A stretch of 64,000 nt of DNA from an uncultured Candidatus Poseidoniales archaeon. Its GTDB lineage: Archaea; Thermoplasmatota; Poseidoniia; Poseidoniales; Thalassarchaeaceae. The translations under genes were made by a program, and so were the position numbers. Location of the stretch: contig CAWVXH010000002.1 of the NCBI GenBank assembly GCA_963934165.1, forward strand, positions 38,650-102,649, read 5' to 3'. Below, in pieces: positions 38,884 through 48,979 of the stretch (within the stretch, counting starts at the first letter, position 1; the number at the start of each line of letters is the position of its first letter). Below the pieces are notes generated by a model. The model was not told the origin of the DNA. It saw nothing but the letters and a program-made list of their open reading frames with translations, and searched no databases.

Positions 38884-39302
38884 ACGGGTCGACCAACAGA
38901 AAGAAGATGGGCATGTGCTGAATTTATCATCTCTTTTTCTTGTTCAAAAGTCAATTGAGAGTGAGCAGATTCGAAGTCAAGCCACAGATAATTACGATGT
39001 TCATATGATAGTTTAACAGTCAATTCATCAGTTTCAGCAAGGTACCAATATACTTGTTTTGGAGTTTTTACACCCTTTCTGAAAAATGTATATTCTGTCC
39101 TCATCTCCCAGCCATCTAATATTTTGACCGATTTGATTCCCGTTTCTTCAGAAAGTTCCCTCACCGCGGTTGAATGATAGTCTGAATCAGTATCCTCTAT
39201 GTGACCTTTCGGAAAGCTCCAATGACCTTGAGGATATTGCAATAATAGGACACTATCATAATTGATTAGAATGAAACCACATGATGTCTCCATGCAACAC
39301 AC
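38880..39302 (-). CDS. Nudix hydrolase, Ap4A-hydrolase-like
   Basis: Nudix box GHWSFPKGHIEDTDSDYHSTAVRELSEETG fits Gx5Ex7REUxEExGU. The GHWxFPKGH context is typical of asymmetric Ap4A hydrolases. Confidence 0.8.
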   Translation of the reverse strand: MCCMETSCGFILINYDSVLLLQYPQGHWSFPKGHIEDTDSDYHSTAVRELSEETGIKSVKILDGWEMRTEYTFFRKGVKTPKQVYWYLAETDELTVKLSYEHRNYLWLDFESAHSQLTFEQEKEMINSAHAHLLSVGRPV

Positions 39303-39378
39303 GGAGAGGACTTTGCCTATTCAATTGTTGCAACTGAGTGGGAAATACAATTGAGTAGAGACCGCCCGTCAAGAAAAG

Positions 39379-40359
39379 ATGGAAGAGGCCGCGCTCGCTC
39401 TAAATATCAGAAGAATCGTTACCGATAGTGATCTCGACGGAGTTGTCACAGGCGCAATTCTGCGTCGTTGGTGGCCAGAAGCCGAGGTAGTATTTGGCCA
39501 CCCTGGAAACCTTCGAGCGGGCATGATGGATCATCTAATCGACCGACATACTGCGATTTGCGATTTGCCTAGACACGAAGATTGTGGACTCAGTATAGAC
39601 CATCATCAATCCAACGAACCGAATGCATCAGAGGATACCGAAACAGTAATTCTTTGGAGGCCAACACCATCTGCAGCAAGAATTGCCTATGATTTACTCT
39701 CTGAAAAAATCGATTTATCCGATTTGACTCAGATGATGATATGGGTCGATAAATTGGATGGTGGGGGCGTGACAAAAGAAGAATTCATGGGCAATCACCC
39801 CGTGGTTTGGCTCGGAAGAATTATCGGTTCTGATGCTGGAATAGCACTCCATATTCTTGAATCACTTCAAGCGGGCTCTTCTGTTGTTTCGATACTAAAC
39901 GACCCAATTATCGAGAGTATAGTGAAAGAAAGAAAAGCTCGTCAAAGTATTCTCGGCGAGTCAATTATTTCGAATATGAAAATTATAGATCGCCTTGCAA
40001 TAGTACGATTTGAAGATAGTGGATTTCGGTCGAATGGCTATCACATCACAGCCCTTGCAGGTGAAAATTGCGATGCTTGTTTGGTAATACACGGGGATGT
40101 TGGGGTGGGATTTGATGAAGAAGACAAGTATCCCGTCTCTGCCTCATTCTACACAAATTCATTCCTACACAAAAACGGCGGAATTTTTGATTTAACAAAA
40201 CTTGCCACACGTTTTGACTCCGATGGGGGTGGTCACGCAAATGCATGTGGTTGTAGAATAAAACCATTAGAGAATGGGGTGGTCGTAGATAGGATGGTTA
40301 ACTCAAAAGATATTGAGAAAAACCTCGAAACATGGCTATCATTGTGGTCAAATCGTTAA
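39379..40359 (+). CDS. DHH-DHHA1 family phosphoesterase (NrnA/HAN-like)
   Basis: DHH motif IDHHQSN. DHHA1 motif GGGH (DSDGGGHANACG). 326 aa. It is divergent from the Nudix gene. Confidence 0.7.
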   Translation: MEEAALALNIRRIVTDSDLDGVVTGAILRRWWPEAEVVFGHPGNLRAGMMDHLIDRHTAICDLPRHEDCGLSIDHHQSNEPNASEDTETVILWRPTPSAARIAYDLLSEKIDLSDLTQMMIWVDKLDGGGVTKEEFMGNHPVVWLGRIIGSDAGIALHILESLQAGSSVVSILNDPIIESIVKERKARQSILGESIISNMKIIDRLAIVRFEDSGFRSNGYHITALAGENCDACLVIHGDVGVGFDEEDKYPVSASFYTNSFLHKNGGIFDLTKLATRFDSDGGGHANACGCRIKPLENGVVVDRMVNSKDIEKNLETWLSLWSNR

Positions 40360-40826
40360 AGAAATTTGAAAAGATAAAGAAAACCAAGAAAGGCATGAAT
40401 CACTATCAATAACGCCATTATATCGCTAATCCTTCCGTGATAATCCTTGATTTGAGAAAATGATTGACCACTATCTCTTTTCGATTTCACTGCCCTGCCT
40501 AATTTCCTAAGGTAGAGAATCATTGCTAAACCAAGTAAACCAACCCACCCATGGAAATGACCAGGGAGTATATTGGTTGACGAAAATGAGCCGTTAATAA
40601 TCGAAAAATAAATCGCTTTCGAAACAAAGGCAAGAAGGATTACTCCCATTACTCCGTAGGTTAATTTTTCCCCAACTTCTTCGTGGTTTTTCAAGGCGAT
40701 TTTTCTGTTATCTGATTTTAGGAGCGATCCTTTTTGCCTCCATTTCCTCTGATTGAAGAAAACCCAAATCAATCCAAGTGCTGAAATTGGATGGAGGAGA
40801 ATGATGATTGTAGCTAGCGCTTCCAT
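40356..40826 (-). CDS. hypothetical membrane protein
   Basis: 156 aa with about 4 TM helices. Confidence 0.45.
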   Translation of the reverse strand: MEALATIIILLHPISALGLIWVFFNQRKWRQKGSLLKSDNRKIALKNHEEVGEKLTYGVMGVILLAFVSKAIYFSIINGSFSSTNILPGHFHGWVGLLGLAMILYLRKLGRAVKSKRDSGQSFSQIKDYHGRISDIMALLIVIHAFLGFLYLFKFL

Positions 40827-40923
40827 GATTTTTGCTACATGATAGTCAAACTTGAGGTCTTGCTTTCACCCCCTTGCTTGGCAAAGCGGATAATTCATAA
40901 CAAAATTAACGGGCGAAGAGTCG

Positions 40924-43900
40924 TTGGAGTGGCTTAATTTGGAGCAGTATCTACTCGATTGTCTCGAAGACCTGCATAAAGCAGGTGATGATGAAGTACG
41001 TCGAAAGAATGCAATTCAGAGATCGGCAACATGGGGTTTACTCGATAAGAGTTGGAAACCTTTAGCAATTATGGCGGCCTCAAAAGAAGCTCCAATCGTG
41101 AAAGAAGATTCACAAGATCCATCTGGTCGACCGAGGGGTGCAAACCGAAGTCACCGGAGTCGAGGGGGGCGCCGTGGGGGGCGAGATTCAAGACGGGGGT
41201 TCGAGGATAATCTTCCCTCACCTGATCGAGTTTTAAGGGATGATCATTCAGCAGGATTCAAACTTGCTGTTTTAATTGCCCAGAAGCATAAAATGACTAC
41301 AAATTGGAATGATTCTTGGGATGGGAATTTAGATTTGGTAAGAATTGAGTGCGCTCAAGGGTTACATCCAGTCTGGAGCCGATTGGCACGTGAGGCTCCT
41401 CTCTTTGCTGAGATGGAGAGGTTTCCCGTAAATGAAATTGAAGTTGAAGTCTATGATTCGAGTGAATGGATTGCCGCTGCTCATATCGACCCAGAAGACT
41501 CTAAACAATTGAGAGAATGGCTTTCTCTCCCCCCCCCATTCAGATTGAATTCCGGCCAGGCGCTTGCACTGGATAAAATAAAGAAGGATCTTGCTGGAAA
41601 ACCACGGCCACAATCTTGGCCTAAAACAATGAAAGAATATTTGCGTGAACTTGAGGGGATTTCTGCAATCTTGGAAAGTTTAATTCTATTGGGTTCAAAA
41701 CATCTCGATTCAATCGATTCATTAGGCCGGGTTGGTAATAATGATTCATTACAATCATTAGCTGAAAAACATGCGAGACTTTCGTCACATCGAAATGGAA
41801 ATTTCGATGAATGGTCGACATCAATCCAACAAACTGGTGATGATAATCTATCAAAGGCAATTAGGGTTGAAGTCTGGAAGAATTACAATTCTTCCTATTC
41901 AAATTTAACAAAAAAAGAGCTGCTCACGGGGTTAAAAATCTTGTCGGAAGAATCAATTCCCCACGCACTCAACTGGCGTATCGCGGAACTTTCGTCAGAA
42001 TCTGGGGGAATGAAAGAGGCACTTGCCATAAGCCAAAAATTGTCTATTGAGAATGATTCGCACCTAAGTATTGCTCTCAAAATATCTACCGCCACCAAAT
42101 CTCCGATTTTAGAAGAAAAAATTATTTCCGTGATTTCAAACATCTCTGAAAAAAGAGTTGCTGAAATAATGCAAAATGATAATTTGCCAATTTCAATTCA
42201 ATTAGCAGCAGCAGCGGTCCTAACAAATATCAATGATGTAAGATATACCAATGAAATTCTTTCAGTATTTACTAGAGCCGCTGACGTAACTTCTCTAGCA
42301 GAAAAAATGATTGCAGATGATTCACTAGCACTCGCCTATCCATTCAGAGCATTGATGGTATGTCAGCTGATATCTGCTGAAGATGCATTAAATATATCTT
42401 CGAATCTGAAAAATCTCAAATCTCACGCATTATTGGCTTTGGGAGAATCAACAGAAGATGATACTCTCTCTGAAGTATCACTTTCTCTAATATCTCTTCT
42501 CGCCGGAGTACCATCAAACATGGATTCGATTCACCAAAAACTCGATACTGATGGCGTTGTTATCCTAAATCAAGTACGAAGAGCCCTCTCTTCAGATGGA
42601 GATGGATTAGTCAAAGAATCTCTAATTGAATCATTAGAAAAATCGATTCGAACCGCAGATGTTTCCCATCTTGAGGCGAGATTGTTTTCTGCTTTGATTG
42701 ATGCTTTATATCTCAATTTAGCAGCCTTAGGATTACAAATGGGCGAGGTAGACAAGAAAGAAAGTTCAATAGAAATATTTGAAAAATTATCGGGTCGTAA
42801 TGAATTGACTAATAGAACGATTCGTTCACTCGATGACCTCGTTGTCGAGCACAGCATAGGAATTGTGTCTCTAGAAAAGTGGTACAGAATTAACGACAAA
42901 GATTCTGCTGAATATCATGTTGTAAGGGCTGCGGTTGAGAGAGAGAGGGGGAATCGTGCAAACGCCGCTCGTTCTTACAAAGAAGCTTCAATAAAAATCG
43001 TAGAAGATTATGAAAACTCATCAATTTTATTGAGAAAATCCTTGATTGAATTCGCCCACGCTGGAGTATGGGATGAAGCCGTTGAAATGATTGAAAATAA
43101 CCCCCAATTAATGGCTGCAGTGACACAAAAATTCCAGCTTTACCTGCATACCTGCGCAGATGTTTCAGCAGGATATACAGACAAAGCAACTCGCCGCTTA
43201 ATCGAGTTTGTATCAAAAGAAGAACGGACGGACCCTGAATTTGAAGGAGTCGACGCAGAATTCAATAAACGGCGAAAAGAATCGTTAGAATTACTCCAAC
43301 GATACCCTGATGAACATAATTTACCAAAGGAAATGTTCAGTGGAAGAATTCGTGCAGCTTTCAAGACCTTAGAAAAAAGTGGCGCTTCTCGTCAATCTGA
43401 TTTAGAGCGAAGATTCCATTTCGAATTGCATGATAAGAAAGATATCTTCGAACTGACTTTGCTCGGTGGGCAAATCGCTGAGAAAAAACCACTACGAGGA
43501 ATTCGAAGATTCGAAGAAGCGATTGAAACTGGATTTTTTGATGATTTAGGTATTCGACGTTTAAGAGATACACAGCGTGCTGTTTTCGTAAGTCACAGCA
43601 ATAGTATTCCAGTAAAAGATCGGAGGACTTTACACCATTTAGGCCTCAAACCACTCATTTTAATCGATACGAATGTGTTAATCGATGCTTTGAAAGATGA
43701 TTTGCTTAGAGAAATTTCAAGTGACCAATACGGATCTCTAGATTGGACGGTCGAAAGGTCGTTTCATATGATGTTAATTCGAAGAAGTAAGGGTGATGTT
43801 TTTGTTACCATCCCCCCATCGGCAAGAAGAGAGTTCAAACATCGAACGAAAAGTCCAGACTCCGTTCTAGATTTATTTGAAGGAGTCTACATCAACCACC

Positions 43901-44316
43901 AAGAATGGGAAAAAATCATTACTCCGGCATTCTTGAAAGAGAGGGTGGAAATTATCTTAAATTCATTCAACACATGGAACCAATTGATCGAAATAGCTAA
44001 TCGAGATGATGTAGAATTAGAAGAATTCTTGTTGAAGCATGAGCAGATTTTTGAAATGGTTGACCAATATAAAAGGGCGCGTTCTAATTCAGTACCAATC
44101 CGAACAGAATTGAAAGGCAAGGAAATTTATCCAGAAAATGGTGATATCGAAATTATGCAAGACGCCGCAGGATTGGCAAAATTGCCCCTTCAAGAAATTG
44201 GTTGCGTCTTAGTCGCGACAAGAGATTCTGATTTTAGATTGATTTCACGTGCTCTAGAAGAGGGATATGGTTTCGGCGTTATCTCTGATGCTCAGCAATT
44301 AAACAGTCGAATCTAA
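40924..44316 (+). CDS. large (1130 aa) protein with an RGG/Arg-rich N-terminal segment, a long helical middle and a C-terminal PIN-like nuclease domain
   Basis: Residues about 66-92 are RPRGANRSHRSRGGRRGGRDSRRG. Residues about 909-1130 are KPLILIDTNVLIDAL ... VTIPP ... DIEIMQDAAGLA ... CVLVATRDSDFRL. Conserved acidic positions fit a PIN fold. Two C9/G7 homopolymers lie in the gene. Confidence 0.5.
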   Translation: MEWLNLEQYLLDCLEDLHKAGDDEVRRKNAIQRSATWGLLDKSWKPLAIMAASKEAPIVKEDSQDPSGRPRGANRSHRSRGGRRGGRDSRRGFEDNLPSPDRVLRDDHSAGFKLAVLIAQKHKMTTNWNDSWDGNLDLVRIECAQGLHPVWSRLAREAPLFAEMERFPVNEIEVEVYDSSEWIAAAHIDPEDSKQLREWLSLPPPFRLNSGQALALDKIKKDLAGKPRPQSWPKTMKEYLRELEGISAILESLILLGSKHLDSIDSLGRVGNNDSLQSLAEKHARLSSHRNGNFDEWSTSIQQTGDDNLSKAIRVEVWKNYNSSYSNLTKKELLTGLKILSEESIPHALNWRIAELSSESGGMKEALAISQKLSIENDSHLSIALKISTATKSPILEEKIISVISNISEKRVAEIMQNDNLPISIQLAAAAVLTNINDVRYTNEILSVFTRAADVTSLAEKMIADDSLALAYPFRALMVCQLISAEDALNISSNLKNLKSHALLALGESTEDDTLSEVSLSLISLLAGVPSNMDSIHQKLDTDGVVILNQVRRALSSDGDGLVKESLIESLEKSIRTADVSHLEARLFSALIDALYLNLAALGLQMGEVDKKESSIEIFEKLSGRNELTNRTIRSLDDLVVEHSIGIVSLEKWYRINDKDSAEYHVVRAAVERERGNRANAARSYKEASIKIVEDYENSSILLRKSLIEFAHAGVWDEAVEMIENNPQLMAAVTQKFQLYLHTCADVSAGYTDKATRRLIEFVSKEERTDPEFEGVDAEFNKRRKESLELLQRYPDEHNLPKEMFSGRIRAAFKTLEKSGASRQSDLERRFHFELHDKKDIFELTLLGGQIAEKKPLRGIRRFEEAIETGFFDDLGIRRLRDTQRAVFVSHSNSIPVKDRRTLHHLGLKPLILIDTNVLIDALKDDLLREISSDQYGSLDWTVERSFHMMLIRRSKGDVFVTIPPSARREFKHRTKSPDSVLDLFEGVYINHQEWEKIITPAFLKERVEIILNSFNTWNQLIEIANRDDVELEEFLLKHEQIFEMVDQYKRARSNSVPIRTELKGKEIYPENGDIEIMQDAAGLAKLPLQEIGCVLVATRDSDFRLISRALEEGYGFGVISDAQQLNSRI

Positions 44317-45282
44317 TGATTCTCCCAGACGACGCATTATAACTGTCGCAGATTCAATATTATCGACCGTCTCAACGCTCTTACCGGCAGAGAAGTATTG
44401 TTTCTTCTTGGCAGCAGAACCACCTTTTTTCCTAGACAATGCCCGAAGTTTAGAAAAAGATAAAATGTTCAAGAATAGCCTAGCAGTGTGTCGAAAACGG
44501 CCAGTTAGTAAACGCCTCATTAACCAAGAATTGTTCTGTTTGAAATGTTTTGAGCGAATAACAGATATCGGGACACCTGTCAAACGGTTGGTCCAAACAA
44601 TATCATCCTCTTTTGCTTCAACTATCGCATCTTTATAATCTTGAGGAGATGTGCATTCTGTAGTTGCAATAAATCGTGTACCCATTTGAACACCATCATA
44701 GCCAATGGCTAATACTTCTGCTAACTCCTTCTCACTACCAACTCCACCTGCACAAATTAGTGGCATTCCAAGATCGGATAATTCTTCATAGAGTTCAGCT
44801 GCTGATTTATCACCGAGATGTCCTCCTGCTCTGTCGTTAACACAAATCAAACCATCGATACCACAATCAATACCTTTCAATGCATGTATTCTAGTCGTAA
44901 CATCATGATAGACGACCCCCCCTTTAGCGTGAACTCGTTCACAAACCCAATCTGGTTTGCCAAGAGATGTTACAAAAAATCGGATACCTTCTTCCAAGGC
45001 GATGTCTATCCATTGAGACATTCGATCAAAATATTTCTTTGAACCCTTTTCTATTAGAGCATTGAACCCAATCGGCTTATCGGTTAGGCTTCGGATATAC
45101 CGAACACCCTCGCGAAAATCCCAATCATGCACATAGGTAAGTGAAGCAGGTTGGATAATTGCGATTCCCCCCCCTTCGGAGGCAGCAGCGACTAACTCGG
45201 GGTTCGAACAGGGAAACATCGCACCACAAATAATTGGATATTCTATGCCCGCCTCTTCTGTAAATTTATTTTGATAGCTCAT
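44299..45282 (-). CDS. nitronate monooxygenase family (NMO / FabK-like) FMN oxidoreductase
   Basis: IEYPIICGAMFPCSNPELVAAASEGGGIAII and GADGVQMGTRF match NMO/2-nitropropane dioxygenase blocks. Confidence 0.8.
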   Translation of the reverse strand: MSYQNKFTEEAGIEYPIICGAMFPCSNPELVAAASEGGGIAIIQPASLTYVHDWDFREGVRYIRSLTDKPIGFNALIEKGSKKYFDRMSQWIDIALEEGIRFFVTSLGKPDWVCERVHAKGGVVYHDVTTRIHALKGIDCGIDGLICVNDRAGGHLGDKSAAELYEELSDLGMPLICAGGVGSEKELAEVLAIGYDGVQMGTRFIATTECTSPQDYKDAIVEAKEDDIVWTNRLTGVPISVIRSKHFKQNNSWLMRRLLTGRFRHTARLFLNILSFSKLRALSRKKGGSAAKKKQYFSAGKSVETVDNIESATVIMRRLGESLDSTV

Positions 45283-45783
45283 TCAATCACCTCTCATTGA
45301 AAGGAAGTTCCATTCAAATTTCCAATCCGAAACAACATCGCCATCAGAATCGATTCCTTTTGCGTGCATCACACAATTTACCGATTTACCACTAATTTCA
45401 GATTCTTCAATCGCTGCTCTGGCTTTTCCAGCATCCTCACAAACAAATTTGATGCGCCCTTTAGCTTGTTTAACGAATTTGACATCAGTGCCAATAACGA
45501 ACATACGTATTTTTCCTGAATAGGCTCTAGAGAGTGCAAAAGGTGTGGCACCGGTTGCGAATTCGGCTGCCATACCTTGTGCAGCCCAGTACATCGTTTT
45601 GAACGGATTTTGAGAACGCCATCCACCCTTGACTGAAATTTGGCAATAATCTTCGTTTACCTCATCAATTTTGAGACCTACGAAAGCAGCAGAAGGCATC
45701 GAAATCAGAGTGAAAAAACTGAACCGAAGGGGTTTCAACAAACCTCGATACTCTTGTTCCAACTTACTCTGATCAATCGTCAA
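45283..45783 (-). CDS. hotdog-fold protein (DUF4442/PaaI-like thioesterase superfamily)
   Basis: 166 aa. The central CQISVKGGWRSQNPFKTMYWAAQGMAAEFATG segment resembles DUF4442 hotdog proteins. Low certainty. Confidence 0.4.
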   Translation of the reverse strand: MTIDQSKLEQEYRGLLKPLRFSFFTLISMPSAAFVGLKIDEVNEDYCQISVKGGWRSQNPFKTMYWAAQGMAAEFATGATPFALSRAYSGKIRMFVIGTDVKFVKQAKGRIKFVCEDAGKARAAIEESEISGKSVNCVMHAKGIDSDGDVVSDWKFEWNFLSMRGD

Positions 45784-45786
45784 CGG

Positions 45787-46065
45787 CTAATCCCCCATCA
45801 ACGAAGGTGACTCGGAGTTCATCAATGAATCCACAAGGTCACAATATCGCTTCATCGCTTCATCGGCAGAAACTCCTCGTAATTTTCTCCAAGCGCGAAA
45901 TTTGGCCATGGCAACAAGGCCCGATATACCACTGATGCCTCTGGCATCGTTATCTGTCGCCTGTTTGTATAATGCATAAAGTTCCAAGAGTTGTTCATCA
46001 CTTGGCTTTACTTTCAATTTCCAAACCCTCTTGCTCGATTTTTCGAAGCGCCTCAATAGGTTCAT
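45787..46065 (-). CDS. acyl-CoA-binding protein (ACBP)
   Basis: KPSDEQLLELYALYKQAT ... KFRAWRKLRGVSADEAMKRY are the ACBP helices. The start Met was chosen to give an ATGA overlap with the upstream hydrolase stop. Confidence 0.75.
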   Translation of the reverse strand: MNLLRRFEKSSKRVWKLKVKPSDEQLLELYALYKQATDNDARGISGISGLVAMAKFRAWRKLRGVSADEAMKRYCDLVDSLMNSESPSLMGD

Positions 46066-47171
46066 CGCATCGCCTCCAACCAATCTTCAACTATCTTGGC
46101 TCTCTCTGGCCGATCAACATGCGATGTGTGAGGCATATTCTCAATGGTGTGGATTTCACAATCGACTTCATCATTGTCGAAATGCTCGAGCAATAATTCG
46201 AAGTGGGTCGAGCCGAGCGTTTCGTCATCTTCTGCTTGAACAACTAGAATTGGGACCTTGGGGATTCCCCAATAAGGCAGTTCGGATGTTGCATAACGAA
46301 CCGGGAGGTCAGGATGAATTCGTTCATATTCTCGACGAAGAACATGTCGAACCCAAGGTCGTGCCATGACCATTTTTCCTGGTAATTTTTCATCAATGAT
46401 TTTTGGAAATGATGAAACTGGAGATTCAAGAATGATTCCTTTGAGAGCGTGTTCCCACCATCCAGATTGATGGCTGGCGAGCCGGATAGTGATGAAACCC
46501 CCCATTGAATGGCCATATATCCACAACTTTTCAGGCGTAAAACCAAGTTGCTGTGGGGCGGCTTCGAGAATGGCTTCGGCATCAGCAATTACTTTCAACA
46601 ATGTCCAATCCATTCTCCCTTGTTGAGTTCCAAATCCCCTTTGATCCATCCCAATGATATTAATTCCAAAGGATTGAATGTGTTGGCAACGTGATTCTCC
46701 ACGCCCAAGTGACGAATCATATCCATGTAAATAAAGCAGTAAATCTTTACTTGATTGATCTGATCTAAGTATATGCCCAACCATTTTTTCCTCCCCCCAT
46801 CCGAGGAAATCAAATTTTTCCCAACGATCATCAGTAACAGGTATAGAATGTGTTTTGGGGGTTGTAAAAACAGAAAGATAAATCTTCCAATAAACGAAGA
46901 GCCAGAGGCCGATTGGGACAGATGAGCCAAACAAAACAACAGCCAAACGGCTAGCCCTAAGGCGAGGAGATGCAAGTATGGCGACTGCCTCAAACAAAAA
47001 TACGATTGTCAAGACGGTTGGGACATCTGGGGTCCAAGTCGTTGGCGTCTTCGCATAGGCAGCTGCACGACGAGCTCTCAATACGATTTTGTCGCGCCGA
47101 CGAGAGCCTTGTAAAGGCTGCTTTCTTCGACCTCTTAACTTAAGCATACCAGGTTGAGGAATTGCCATCAC
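46062..47171 (-). CDS. membrane-anchored alpha/beta hydrolase (lysophospholipase-like)
   Basis: N-terminal TM helices. LYLHGYDSS oxyanion region. GHSMGG nucleophile elbow. A late D/H is present. Confidence 0.7.
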   Translation of the reverse strand: MMAIPQPGMLKLRGRRKQPLQGSRRRDKIVLRARRAAAYAKTPTTWTPDVPTVLTIVFLFEAVAILASPRLRASRLAVVLFGSSVPIGLWLFVYWKIYLSVFTTPKTHSIPVTDDRWEKFDFLGWGEEKMVGHILRSDQSSKDLLLYLHGYDSSLGRGESRCQHIQSFGINIIGMDQRGFGTQQGRMDWTLLKVIADAEAILEAAPQQLGFTPEKLWIYGHSMGGFITIRLASHQSGWWEHALKGIILESPVSSFPKIIDEKLPGKMVMARPWVRHVLRREYERIHPDLPVRYATSELPYWGIPKVPILVVQAEDDETLGSTHFELLLEHFDNDEVDCEIHTIENMPHTSHVDRPERAKIVEDWLEAMR

Positions 47172-48970
47172 ATCATCTCCAAAGGATACTTCATTAGATG
47201 TTTATGACCGGATTGTATGGATGCTGCCAAAGAAATAGTCTCAGGGAATATTCGCTTGAAAAATACTCGCGCACTGGCTAACTTTGCTTGATGAAACTTT
47301 GAATCGGGATTATCTAGGCATACTCTAGCCATCTTAGCCCACATATAAGCAAGTACAACATTTGCGAAATAACGCAAATAATCGCTTGCACCTGCTGCGA
47401 GGAAATGTGGATTGCCCATACCTTCTGTAACCATCAGTAAAGTTAATTGTTGTAGGCCTTTCACCCCTTGATGTAATGGTTTATTGAATTCTTCCATGCC
47501 TTTAACACCTCTATTTTCCTCGATAAAATCTACTAGTGGCCACATCAAATAGCGTAAATTTCTGCCGAGATTTTGTGTGATTTTTCGGCCGGCGAGGTCG
47601 AGCGCTTGAATTCCGTTGGTGCCCTCCCAAATCTTTGATATTCGGACATCACGGTAGAATTGCTCAACTCCGTATTCCGAACAATATCCAGCCCCTCCCA
47701 TAACTTGCATACATGTATCAATCGTTTCACAACCTAAATCTGTGAAGTGGGCTTTGACAATTGGAGTCAGCAAAGCAACGAGGGCTTCGACTCGTTCCCT
47801 TTCCTTCTCGTCTTTGCTATGCATCTGATCAAGAAGAATTCCCACCCAAACTGCGAGGGCTCTGCAACCTTCATTGTTAACTTTTGAAATTAATAACATT
47901 CGACGGACGTCAGGATGCACGAGGATATTATCCGCTGACTCTTGAGGGTCTTGAACACCTCTTAAATCACGGCCTTGGCGACGTTCTCTAACCCACTCGA
48001 GTGAATTCTGATAAGCGACTTCACCGAGAGCGAACCCCATTATTCCAGTATCGAGGCGTGCGCCGTTCATCATCTCGAACATCAATGCCATTCCATTATG
48101 TAAATCACCGACCAGCCAACCGACTGAATCATCGAAATTCAACACACAGGTTGGCGAAGCATGGATTCCCATTTTCTCCTCGATGCCCGAGCAAGTAACA
48201 CCGTTCCGAGTATCGCTCAATTCCTGAGATAATCCCCCAACTCCTCCAGATTGCCATTCTTTAGGCAAGTATTTAGGAACTAAGAACAAAGAAATCCCTT
48301 TCGTGCCTTCAGGAGAACCGGGGACCTTAGCGAGAACCATGTGAAGGATGTTTTCAGTTAAATCGTGCTCTCCAAAACTGATGAAAATCTTAGTGCCAGA
48401 AACAAGGTATGAACCGTCATCTTGAGGCAATGCTTTCGAGCGGATAATGCCGAGATCTGTGCCTGCATGAGGTTCGGTAAGGCACATCGTTCCAGCCCAT
48501 TCTTTAGTACCAACCTTTGTTGCATAATGGTCAACTAGACTCTCTTCTGCATGTGTAGAAATCAGATGATATACACCTGTAGAAAGCCCGGAGGCAACTG
48601 ACATAGACATGTTGGTAGCAATCGAGAATTCATTCGACATCACCCCCATGAAATACGGCAATCCCATACCTCCATGCTCTGGTTTTATTCCGGCCCCATA
48701 CCAACCAGTATCAACTCCTTCTCTGTAAGCTTCTTTGAATCCGGAAGGCATGATTACCTCCCCATTCTCGAATTTAAGGCCTTCTTCGTCACCAATTTGA
48801 TTGAGAGGAAGAAGGACTTCTTGGCAGTGCTCACCATAGCCTTCCATCAACATTTGAATATATTCGCTATCAATTTCTTCCTTTCCGAGTGATTGGGCGA
48901 CTTCGACTACATCGAAAACTTCGTGAAATAAAAATTCATAATCTTTGTAAGGGGGATTGTAAACTACCAT
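47168..48970 (-). CDS. acyl-CoA dehydrogenase (long, with C-terminal extension)
   Basis: 600 aa. ACAD N-terminal, middle and C-terminal blocks are present (GAGYCSEYGVEQFYRDVRISKIWEGTNGIQ). Confidence 0.85.
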   Translation of the reverse strand: MVVYNPPYKDYEFLFHEVFDVVEVAQSLGKEEIDSEYIQMLMEGYGEHCQEVLLPLNQIGDEEGLKFENGEVIMPSGFKEAYREGVDTGWYGAGIKPEHGGMGLPYFMGVMSNEFSIATNMSMSVASGLSTGVYHLISTHAEESLVDHYATKVGTKEWAGTMCLTEPHAGTDLGIIRSKALPQDDGSYLVSGTKIFISFGEHDLTENILHMVLAKVPGSPEGTKGISLFLVPKYLPKEWQSGGVGGLSQELSDTRNGVTCSGIEEKMGIHASPTCVLNFDDSVGWLVGDLHNGMALMFEMMNGARLDTGIMGFALGEVAYQNSLEWVRERRQGRDLRGVQDPQESADNILVHPDVRRMLLISKVNNEGCRALAVWVGILLDQMHSKDEKERERVEALVALLTPIVKAHFTDLGCETIDTCMQVMGGAGYCSEYGVEQFYRDVRISKIWEGTNGIQALDLAGRKITQNLGRNLRYLMWPLVDFIEENRGVKGMEEFNKPLHQGVKGLQQLTLLMVTEGMGNPHFLAAGASDYLRYFANVVLAYMWAKMARVCLDNPDSKFHQAKLASARVFFKRIFPETISLAASIQSGHKHLMKYPLEMM

Positions 48971-48979
48971 TTTCTCACC

